A DNA stretch of 64,000 nucleotides, from positions 1 to 64,000 of the forward strand of contig OY969554.1 of the NCBI GenBank assembly GCA_963700985.1. Reading direction: 5' to 3'. The stretch comes from an uncultured Chlamydiales bacterium. GTDB lineage: Bacteria; Chlamydiota; Chlamydiia; Chlamydiales; Rhabdochlamydiaceae. Below the pieces are notes generated by a model. That model ran no database searches, had not been told where the DNA came from, and saw nothing but the letters and a program-made list of their open reading frames with translations. Both the position numbers and the translations under genes were made by a program. Shown one piece after another: positions 46,256 through 54,665 of the stretch (the first letter of the stretch is position 1; every line of letters begins with the position of its first letter).

Positions 46256-46543
46256 TTATAAATCAAGCCCGGTTGTGAAGGCGTGTTGTGCCTGGCCAGC
46301 CGCAGCAATTTTTAATAATTGCTCGTCGTTTAATTCTTTGATTTGAGTTGGAATAGGAGGCAATACAAAAGTGAAATGGCGCGCGTCATCTTCCTGGATA
46401 CGTACTTCCATATTATCTGCAATACTGGTGTAGCCCATCTCTCTTAGTGTCTCTTTAGGCTTAGAGATGAGTTTTTTGCGGAAAGCTGGATCTTTCCAAG
46501 CTTTAGCGATGATTTTGCCTCTTAAATCTTCATTTTTTGCCAT
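46256..46543 (-). CDS. NHLP-leader RiPP precursor 3 (predicted core QAQHAFTTGLDL)
   Basis: Same leader; ELNDEQLLKIAAAG; RBS AAGGAG. Confidence 0.88.
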   Translation of the reverse strand: MAKNEDLRGKIIAKAWKDPAFRKKLISKPKETLREMGYTSIADNMEVRIQEDDARHFTFVLPPIPTQIKELNDEQLLKIAAAGQAQHAFTTGLDL

Positions 46544-46683
46544 AAAGTTTCTCCTTTTTAGGGTTGTAGTGCATGCATACTTCGGTGTAGTTGATCTTTC
46601 TATTTCTATAAAGATATTTCGAATTTTTGCTTGACCCTGCTTGATTTTTTGTTTACGGTCTTTCCGCTAAAATTCGAGATGCT

Positions 46684-49600
46684 ATGCGGAAATTTCTCTT
46701 TCTTTCCCTCATGTTTGCTGTGCGCGTAATGGCCGATCTTAAAGATCCCTCCGTGCTAGCAGCAACGGATGGCGATCCACAAGTTACAGTTAGCCAGCAT
46801 GTAAATGCATTAACAGGCGACTTTACGCGCTTTCAAGATGATTATGTCGTTCCTGGCATAGAGCCTATTTCCATTCGGCGCATCTATGTTAGTGGTGATG
46901 GCGCGGGGGAGAACACCTGGCAGTTTTTCCCTCAGACAAAGCTCTTTTTTCTCACAGGTTCTTATACGCCACGCATTGTGGTTGGTCAGCCCTCAGGATC
47001 TTTTCTCACTTATAAGTTTAAAAAGCATCGCAAGCCCGATATCTATTTGCCCGATCTAGAAAAGCATGGCAAAGGCGTTACGAATACAGCGCACGGAGTG
47101 ATTTCGGGACGGACGAATTTTAAAAATAGCAAGGTGGTTCAACTGCGCAACACGCTCTATCAGCTGACGTGTGCAGACGGCACCGAGAGGGTTTATAAGA
47201 ATAAAAAAGGAGAGGGCATAAAAAAATATCTATTAGAGCACGAGCGTCTGCCAAATCGAAATCAGATTTTCTACGAATATGACGATAAATTAAGACTCAC
47301 CTTAATCAAAACCACCAATCCATCCGCCAGTAAAATCTATGCATGGGCGCGTTTTCGCTACCTTGATCAGAAAGAGCCTTCTGCCGACTTCAACATCGAG
47401 ACGAGCGATGGGAAAGTGCTGGAATATCGTTTTGCGAAAGAAGGAAATGAGCAGATTGGGTTTCACACCTTTCTAAAATCGGTTAATCCTCCTGAAAAAC
47501 CAAAAGAGATCTTCGAATATTCGAAGACAGGTAATTTTATGAAAAAGATCTTTTTTCCTGAAGGAAGAGAGATTCTTGCCGATTATTATAAAGGTGGTAA
47601 AAACACCGTTCTTGGTCGAGATGTCAAGCTTAATCCCAATGACTCACGTAATGGGCGTGTTAAGATTCTCTACGAGCAAGTAGGCCCTAATAACGAACAG
47701 ATCGGCGCCAGCTATTTTTTCTATTCGATTCCCAGAGAAGAGAAGCATGGAGAGTATTTCTATAAAGAGGGGACAACAGAGGTTGTAGATGCAATGGGAT
47801 GTAAAACGATCTTTCGTTTTACCCCATCTTTTTATCCTACCTCCATTGAGAGCTATGATGAGCGTGGCCAGCATCATCATTCTGTGCAAATGACATGGAA
47901 TCACATCGGAGAAATCCAACGTAAAACACTTTTAGACGCAGATCGAAAGGAGGTTTGGACCCGCGAATTTTTCTATGATGAAAAAGGAAATGTGATCGAA
48001 GAGAGATTTAGCGGTGATCTCTGTGGCAGGGGGCAAAGAGAGACATACAGCAAGCGCATAAAATACACGCCTAACCATCTCCCAACTCGTATTGAGGAAG
48101 ATAATGGTTCAGTTACACTCTTTTCTTATCTTGCAGGCACGCCATTTATCACCGCGCAGCTTCAATGCGAGGGAGAGAAAATTCTGAAACGGGAGTTTCA
48201 TGAGTATGATGCAGATAATCTGCTGGTGCGTACGATTAGCGACGATGGCAATAGTTCTGAAAAGGAAAATCTAACTGCGGTTACCTACCGCAAGATCACA
48301 CAGATTCAGCGCAAGCAAGCAGCGCCAGCTCTCGGATTTCCCGAAGTAATCGAGCAGAGATATCTAGACCTAGCTTCCTCAACGGAGGTGCTGTTAAGTC
48401 GGCAGACTTTCACCTATCAAGGCGATGGCAAGCTGAGCCGACGAGATATTTATGATGCAGAGGGTAACTTTTGTTATAGCCTGCATACAAGCTATGACTC
48501 GATGGGGCGGCCATGCGAAGAGTCTAATCCTCTTGGCCAAATTCAAAAAACTAGATACGACGTTTTTGGAAACCCCACCTATCAAGAGAGCTTTAGTGGG
48601 CAGCTCACCACAGAACTTGTCTATGACAAAGCGAATCGTTTATCTCATGCTAAAGAGGTTGGTCGGGATGGCCTCATACATATCAATCAGTTTTCCTATG
48701 ACGTGAAGAGCCGAAAAACAGCTGCAATTGATCATTTTGGAAACATCACTCACTTCAAACTTAACCCGATTGGCAGCAGCCTAGAAACACATCTTCCTGA
48801 AGCTGCTCCCTGGAAGATGCAAACAACTTCTAACTTCGATGGATTAGGCAGAGAAATTGTAAAAATCGATGAGCGCGGAGATGCGACTAGATTTTCATAT
48901 AACGCCTATGGAAAACCCACGCGCATTCTCTATGCAGATGGTTCTGCCGAGCAGTTTTTTTATGATAAAAATGGAGCGTTAGCCGAAAAGCTTGATCAGC
49001 GTGGCAGCATTACAGCTTTTACATATGACGTATTTGGCCGAGAAGTAGAAAAGCGCATCTATGATGAAAAGCGTGCGCTGCTGATTCAAGAGACGAGCAA
49101 GTATAAAGGTGATCTGCTTGTGCAGCATGTAGATGCAGTTGGGCACGAGATGCGCTATCTATATGATTTCGCTGGCAGACAAATTGCTCAGGAAAATGAG
49201 TTTCAGCGCATTGAATATGCGTATGATGCCTTGGGGCGAAAGCGCAAGACTTTGACCTCAGATGGAAACCACACGCTTCACAGCATAAAAGAGTATGATT
49301 TCTTAGAGCGCGTGCTTGAAGAGCGTTGTGAAGATGACAGCGGCCAAGTTTTGAAAAGAGTTCTCTATGATTATGATGCAGCGGGCAATAAGTCTTGTAT
49401 TACGCGGTTCATGAGCGGTAGGGAAAGCCAAGAGCGTTTTTTCTACGATGCATTTAATCGCCTCATTGCACAAGTGGATGCCTCCGGTAATAAAACAACC
49501 ATAGAGCAAGATGAAACCTATCGAAATGCACAGACGCAGCAAGTCTTAAAAAAGATTACCACCGATGCGCGTGGCATGCACACCTATGAGACGTTTGATT

Positions 49601-51966
49601 CACTCGGACGCGTGGTGCGCACAGAGAGCAGAAGCTCCAAAGGAGAGCTTGTCTCTTTTGAGAAATTCTTTTACGACGCAGGCGGCAAACTCTGCAAGCA
49701 AGATGGCGAGCTTGTTACTCAAGGTACTCCACATTCTGTAGTTACTACGCTTTGGGAATATGGAGTAATGGGAAGGCTGCTTAGCTTAACCGAAGCTGCC
49801 CATAAACCAGAACAGCGCATAACCCGTTATACCTATGATGCAGCCGGTCTTTTGCATGAGATTATTAAACCCAACGGCATAGTTCTAACGCATAAATATG
49901 ATGTGCTGGGACGGCGCATACGCCTCAGCTCTTCTCAGCCGTCTATTGATTATAGTTATACCTATGACGCGCTTGGACGCATGATCGGCATCAGAAATGA
50001 ATATACTCAACAAGCTACGAGCCGAGAATACGATAAGCGGGGCTGTCTGATTGCAGAAACCCTCGAAACAGGCGTTCCTATGACATATAGCTACGATCCG
50101 CTGGGAAGGCGCACTAACCTCCAATTTATCAACAAATCAGGCGTAGCTTACAAATACGATGCGCTATTTCTGCGTGAGGTCACGCGTTTGGCTAAAGATT
50201 CAACGATTAGCTATGAGCATCGTTACCTTACTTACGACGAGGCAGGCAACCTGCTTGACGAACAGCTTCCTTACACCCTCGGCATGCAAACACGCGACAT
50301 AGACATTCAAGGGCGAACGGTTGCGCTGGATTCGCCTCATGCGCATTTTGCAATTACCGCATTTGACCCAACAGGCAATATTTTACAAACGCGCACATCT
50401 CAAGAAGAGCGTGCCTTTGCCTACGATGACCTTTCTCAGCTTGTATCTGAAAAAGAGCACAGCTATGTCTATGACTCGCATAACAATCGAGTGCAGCAAG
50501 ATCGAGATGCGCATACGCTCAACGCCTTAAACGAACTGGTTAAAACGCCTAACGCAACATTTACTTACGATGCTTGTGGCAATCCGCTCACTCAACAAAC
50601 AGCTGAAAGGACGATCAATTATAAATATGATGCCCTAGATCGCCTAATTGAAGTGCTCTTTCCTTATCAGATGGGGCTTTTGTTTACCTATGACGGGATG
50701 CATCGGCGGCTGACCAAAGAGAAATATGTCTGGGACGGAAGTGCTTGGCAAAGAGAATCTCTCGTTTTTTACATGTATGATGATCAGAATGAAATTGGCA
50801 TGTTGAATCCCAAAGGGGAAATCAAGCAGCTGCGGATTTTGGGACGAGCCAGCAGAGCCGAAGCCGGCGCTGCCATCGCCATAGAACTCGATGACACTGT
50901 TTACATTCCTCAACATGATCTCTTTGGCAACGTGGCCAGCTTAATCTCGCCTATATCAAACGCTAAGGTGGAATCTTATGATTATACTGCCTTTGGCCAA
51001 GAGATTTTGCCAGCGCATGCGCAAAGCGCATTGAAAAACACTTGGAAAAATCCTTGGCGCTATCAATCCAAACGCATCGACGAAGAAACCGGCTTAGTGC
51101 TCTATGGACGCCGCTACTACATGCCTTCACTTGGTCGCTGGCTGACTAACGACCCCAAAGGACATACAGCTCTTAGCAGCCTCTACGCTTTTTGCAGCAA
51201 TAACCCGCTGACACATTTCGACCTCTACGGCCTGGAAGATCTCGTCGAAGAAGAAAGGAACATGCCGCAATCGGAAAGTTCCTTTTTTTCTAAAGTTGGC
51301 TCGTTTGTCTCCTCTTGCGCACGCGATGTTGCTTCTTTTTTCTCTGAATGGTCTAATAATTATACAATCGATGCGCCTATGAGTGAAAACTGCGGCATTG
51401 GGTACATTAATGGAATTAATACGACCTATGCTGAAGCACGCGAACACGCACTAATGCTAAGCGGCTTTTCTGGTACCTCCATTAATCTGACGCACAGCGC
51501 TTCGCATGGCATACAAAATGATCTTCCTTGCTGTGTTTGGGAATATATTGGTGGGGTTACTCTAGGCAAGAGTCTTTTGCAAAAAAACTGGGATAAATTT
51601 CTCGACACCGCTCCTGAAGAGGCAAAATATTTGCAAATTTGCACAAGCGGTGGATGCATTGAATTATATAATGCTTTGGAAAGTTCCCCTCCTGAAGTGA
51701 GAAACAGAATCAAGGTTTTAGCAATTGCACCAGGAAAAATCATCCCTACAAATTTATGTTATCAATCGGAAAATTTCATGAGTAAACGAGACATTGTTCC
51801 TCGGCTAGATCTTTTCGGCCAGGTGAGATATAGAGGTCAGTTGATCATACTTGAACCTCACGATGATGCTGATTCTTTTGATCATTCAATTATGAGTCCA
51901 ACTTTTCGTCCCATCATTCGATCTCGAATTGCAAGTCACATTGAGAACAACCGAGGTAAAAAGTGA
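46684..51966 (+). CDS. RHS/YD-repeat polymorphic toxin with signal peptide and alpha/beta-hydrolase-like C-terminal domain
   Basis: Many YDxxGR repeats; core end PWRYQSKRIDEETGLVLYGRRYY..GRWLTNDP..NNPLTHFDLYGL; ~243-aa C-terminal tip. Confidence 0.93.
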   Translation: MRKFLFLSLMFAVRVMADLKDPSVLAATDGDPQVTVSQHVNALTGDFTRFQDDYVVPGIEPISIRRIYVSGDGAGENTWQFFPQTKLFFLTGSYTPRIVVGQPSGSFLTYKFKKHRKPDIYLPDLEKHGKGVTNTAHGVISGRTNFKNSKVVQLRNTLYQLTCADGTERVYKNKKGEGIKKYLLEHERLPNRNQIFYEYDDKLRLTLIKTTNPSASKIYAWARFRYLDQKEPSADFNIETSDGKVLEYRFAKEGNEQIGFHTFLKSVNPPEKPKEIFEYSKTGNFMKKIFFPEGREILADYYKGGKNTVLGRDVKLNPNDSRNGRVKILYEQVGPNNEQIGASYFFYSIPREEKHGEYFYKEGTTEVVDAMGCKTIFRFTPSFYPTSIESYDERGQHHHSVQMTWNHIGEIQRKTLLDADRKEVWTREFFYDEKGNVIEERFSGDLCGRGQRETYSKRIKYTPNHLPTRIEEDNGSVTLFSYLAGTPFITAQLQCEGEKILKREFHEYDADNLLVRTISDDGNSSEKENLTAVTYRKITQIQRKQAAPALGFPEVIEQRYLDLASSTEVLLSRQTFTYQGDGKLSRRDIYDAEGNFCYSLHTSYDSMGRPCEESNPLGQIQKTRYDVFGNPTYQESFSGQLTTELVYDKANRLSHAKEVGRDGLIHINQFSYDVKSRKTAAIDHFGNITHFKLNPIGSSLETHLPEAAPWKMQTTSNFDGLGREIVKIDERGDATRFSYNAYGKPTRILYADGSAEQFFYDKNGALAEKLDQRGSITAFTYDVFGREVEKRIYDEKRALLIQETSKYKGDLLVQHVDAVGHEMRYLYDFAGRQIAQENEFQRIEYAYDALGRKRKTLTSDGNHTLHSIKEYDFLERVLEERCEDDSGQVLKRVLYDYDAAGNKSCITRFMSGRESQERFFYDAFNRLIAQVDASGNKTTIEQDETYRNAQTQQVLKKITTDARGMHTYETFDSLGRVVRTESRSSKGELVSFEKFFYDAGGKLCKQDGELVTQGTPHSVVTTLWEYGVMGRLLSLTEAAHKPEQRITRYTYDAAGLLHEIIKPNGIVLTHKYDVLGRRIRLSSSQPSIDYSYTYDALGRMIGIRNEYTQQATSREYDKRGCLIAETLETGVPMTYSYDPLGRRTNLQFINKSGVAYKYDALFLREVTRLAKDSTISYEHRYLTYDEAGNLLDEQLPYTLGMQTRDIDIQGRTVALDSPHAHFAITAFDPTGNILQTRTSQEERAFAYDDLSQLVSEKEHSYVYDSHNNRVQQDRDAHTLNALNELVKTPNATFTYDACGNPLTQQTAERTINYKYDALDRLIEVLFPYQMGLLFTYDGMHRRLTKEKYVWDGSAWQRESLVFYMYDDQNEIGMLNPKGEIKQLRILGRASRAEAGAAIAIELDDTVYIPQHDLFGNVASLISPISNAKVESYDYTAFGQEILPAHAQSALKNTWKNPWRYQSKRIDEETGLVLYGRRYYMPSLGRWLTNDPKGHTALSSLYAFCSNNPLTHFDLYGLEDLVEEERNMPQSESSFFSKVGSFVSSCARDVASFFSEWSNNYTIDAPMSENCGIGYINGINTTYAEAREHALMLSGFSGTSINLTHSASHGIQNDLPCCVWEYIGGVTLGKSLLQKNWDKFLDTAPEEAKYLQICTSGGCIELYNALESSPPEVRNRIKVLAIAPGKIIPTNLCYQSENFMSKRDIVPRLDLFGQVRYRGQLIILEPHDDADSFDHSIMSPTFRPIIRSRIASHIENNRGKK

Positions 51967-52487
51967 GAAATAAATTCGGTTTTGGCTTTGTGTTGGTTGT
52001 GTTTTTGGCATTTTTTAGTTGTCGAGATTCATATAAACCGCATGTAGCTGAAGAAATTGTTGATCAAATGACTTATCCGATTGCTAAGCAGCTTTATGAA
52101 CAAAAAGAGCTATATCAGATAGGTAGTGGTGGAAGGATAGCTAATGATGTAGAGAAGCTTTCCTTAAGCTTTATGTTTTACCATGAGGTAAATGAGGAGC
52201 AAGCGCGCGAGCTCTTACTTAGCGCTTCTCAGGAATACCTTTCCGCCATCAATAACAATGAGAAGCTCCAGCCTTATCTCTATCATCGACCTTTTAAAAT
52301 TGAAGACATAGAAATTAGTGTCTTTTTTCTTAAGCCTGATCGTTCGGAAGTTCCTCCTCCAGACATTTATGTAGCAGAGGTTAGAGATGGAATGTTTGTT
52401 TATAAAGTTGACGATCTTCAAAACAACACCCTTAAAACAGTTCTCAAAGAAACCTACGAAGAGGCGCTCAAGAATAACGCGGGTTAA
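51963..52487 (+). CDS. Putative lipoprotein immunity protein for the RHS toxin
   Basis: GTGA overlap with RHS stop; hydrophobic signal ending FFSC; the immunity role is inferred from position. Confidence 0.7.
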   Translation: MRNKFGFGFVLVVFLAFFSCRDSYKPHVAEEIVDQMTYPIAKQLYEQKELYQIGSGGRIANDVEKLSLSFMFYHEVNEEQARELLLSASQEYLSAINNNEKLQPYLYHRPFKIEDIEISVFFLKPDRSEVPPPDIYVAEVRDGMFVYKVDDLQNNTLKTVLKETYEEALKNNAG

Positions 52488-52505
52488 AATATAAGAGAGG
52501 CATCT

Positions 52506-53525
52506 ATGAAAATGCGGTTATTTGGAATTTTTCTCCTCATGCAAGGTGCTTTATTTGCCAGCGAAACAGCTGAGGAAATAGATGCATACCTAAAGCAGCT
52601 TCCGAAGGCTGAGCTGCATTTGCATCTTGGCGGCTCGTATCCCAAGGAATTTTTGTTTTCAATTTCTACGCCTGAGCAGCAGGCTGAATTAGAGAAAAAC
52701 TTAGGTTTAGTTGCTAAAGGGGTAGATTATCACAGCGTATTTCGTGTTTTTCAAATCATTGGCCAGCTTGTAAATTCTGAGGAAAAGATTCAAAAGGGCA
52801 CAGAAGCGCTCTGTGCGGCCTTGCAAGAGGATGGAGTCTCCTATGTTGAAATCCGCACGGGCTTAAAGAATTTGGGCCAAGGCACAGAGGCCTATCTAAA
52901 TGCTGTTCTAGCTGGGATAAACGCCAGCTCATCTGCTGATTTCGAAGCTAAGTTAATCCTTAGTCTTCAAAGAAATTCTTCGTTAAAAGCTGCACGCGAA
53001 ACAGTAGATTTGGCATTAAAGTATCAAGCTCAAGGGATAGTCGGAATTGACATTTCTGGCGATTCAACCATCGGGCAGGTTGAGATGATTCTGCCAGAAC
53101 TTCTACGCGCCAAAGAGGCGGGGCTATCTTTCGTAATTCATGTAGGCGAATCTCCTGCAGAAACAGACCAAATGCAGCTTTTGGAAGCTTTGCAACCTGC
53201 GCGCATCGGCCATGGAGTGCATCTTTCTGCAGAGGCAAAAGAATGGGTTCTTACGCACCGTGTGCCGCTTGAAGTTTGCCTCACCAGCAGCGTGCTTGTG
53301 CAAATGATCGAACGCTATGATCAGCATCCTGGAATTGAACTCTTCCGCCAGGGCCATCCGATTGTATTTTGCACGGATGATCCTTTGCTATTTTCTACAG
53401 CCCTCTCTAAAGAATTGCTCATCGCACGCAAAATTATTGGCCTATCCAGAGAAGATATTGAAAGAGTCTCAAAAGACGCGTTCGAATATGTATTAAAACC
53501 TATTGCTACCCAGAAAGTTTTTTAA
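52506..53525 (+). CDS. Adenosine-deaminase-family protein (ADAL/MAPDA-like) with signal peptide
   Basis: PKAELHLHLGGS, GIDISGD, HVGE, RIGHG, EVCLTS, CTDD; N-terminus ..MQGALFA|SE. Confidence 0.88.
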   Translation: MKMRLFGIFLLMQGALFASETAEEIDAYLKQLPKAELHLHLGGSYPKEFLFSISTPEQQAELEKNLGLVAKGVDYHSVFRVFQIIGQLVNSEEKIQKGTEALCAALQEDGVSYVEIRTGLKNLGQGTEAYLNAVLAGINASSSADFEAKLILSLQRNSSLKAARETVDLALKYQAQGIVGIDISGDSTIGQVEMILPELLRAKEAGLSFVIHVGESPAETDQMQLLEALQPARIGHGVHLSAEAKEWVLTHRVPLEVCLTSSVLVQMIERYDQHPGIELFRQGHPIVFCTDDPLLFSTALSKELLIARKIIGLSREDIERVSKDAFEYVLKPIATQKVF

Positions 53526-53538
53526 CAGCCCAAAATTT

Positions 53539-54654
53539 ATGCAAAAATATTTAAGTCTAGCCATTTCCCTCTTTTGTGTTTTGTTTGTGTCGTGTGTGGA
53601 AGGAAGAGAGCCTCCATTTCCATATTCCGAAGTCGAAGGTGGATTTGTAACTCAAACAGGTGATCCTCAAAAGCTGGTCGAATTTTTCTTTCTTAAACCT
53701 CATGGGAAGGGGCCTTTCCCAGTTATCTTTTTGCCTGTGGCAAATCATGACCTTGGTGCCAAGGCATTAGTGGATTTTGGGTATTTAACCCGTTTTGCAT
53801 CGGAAGGGGTTGTGGCAGTAGCGATTTCTGCGCCTGGATTTGGTGCTTCTGAAGGAGAGAGAGATTTTTCAGGTCCTAATTCTCAAAAGGCAATCATAGC
53901 AGTGATCGATCATTTCAAAATTTTGCCTATGATCGATCGGACGAAAATGGCAATTTACGGCATGAATAGAAATGCTACATTGGCCAGCATGGTAAGTGCA
54001 CATTGCACAGATCTTTCCTTACAAATTCTTGAAAGCGGTGAATATGACTTAACACTAAGACGCGAGTATTTGCCAGATTATCTTAAAAGTTTAGGGCTGC
54101 AGGCAAACATGCTCAAAGAAGTCGGCGATGATCCTCAAGCATTAATGGATAGATCTAGTCTTTACCATACGCAAACCGTACATCAAAAAACTCTGATCTT
54201 GCACGGAGAGTTAGATAACCATCATGGGCTTCCATCGGCACGGGCATTGCATGAGAAATTAATAGAAGAAGGAAAGGAGAGTTATCTAAAAATCTATTCC
54301 AATGGCCTGCACGAACTTGGCAGGGAAAAATGGGGAGATGTCGTTTCCTTTCTAAGAGAACATTTTTTCGGATTAGTGGGCATTGGTATTAAATTGGAGC
54401 AAATCGGTTCGGTTATTCAGATTGCTAAAGTGCTTGCAGACTCGCCCGCCGCACTTTCAGGAAAGCTTAGAGTTGGAGATACTATTTTAGGAATATCTCC
54501 AAATAATGATGAGTTCGTAATTAATGCCGTAGATCTTCCTCTTAAAGAAGCAATTTCTCACATTCGCGGTAAGAAAAAGAGTGCTGTGCGCCTTCACGTA
54601 GCACATTTTGATTATGAGACAGAAGAGGTTGTTGTCGAGAGAGTTGGTTGGTAA
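53539..54654 (+). CDS. Exported S9-like alpha/beta-hydrolase fold plus C-terminal PDZ; catalytic Ser absent
   Basis: GKGPFPVI, PGFGASEG, IDRTKMAIYGMNRN, LILHGELD, GLH; PDZ VGIGIKL..DSPAALSGKLRVGD; start taken at ATG 53539. Confidence 0.8.
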   Translation: MQKYLSLAISLFCVLFVSCVEGREPPFPYSEVEGGFVTQTGDPQKLVEFFFLKPHGKGPFPVIFLPVANHDLGAKALVDFGYLTRFASEGVVAVAISAPGFGASEGERDFSGPNSQKAIIAVIDHFKILPMIDRTKMAIYGMNRNATLASMVSAHCTDLSLQILESGEYDLTLRREYLPDYLKSLGLQANMLKEVGDDPQALMDRSSLYHTQTVHQKTLILHGELDNHHGLPSARALHEKLIEEGKESYLKIYSNGLHELGREKWGDVVSFLREHFFGLVGIGIKLEQIGSVIQIAKVLADSPAALSGKLRVGDTILGISPNNDEFVINAVDLPLKEAISHIRGKKKSAVRLHVAHFDYETEEVVVERVGW

Positions 54655-54665
54655 ATTTATCGAAG

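Noticed and set aside
44187-46543. Nitrile hydratase alpha-subunit genes or fragments
   Set aside because: The metal-binding CxxCSC motif and a beta subunit are absent; length and the EL..L..[IV]AAAG ending fit NHLP leaders
47900-51230. Repetitive YD motifs as a separate repeat element
   Set aside because: Normal RHS core architecture
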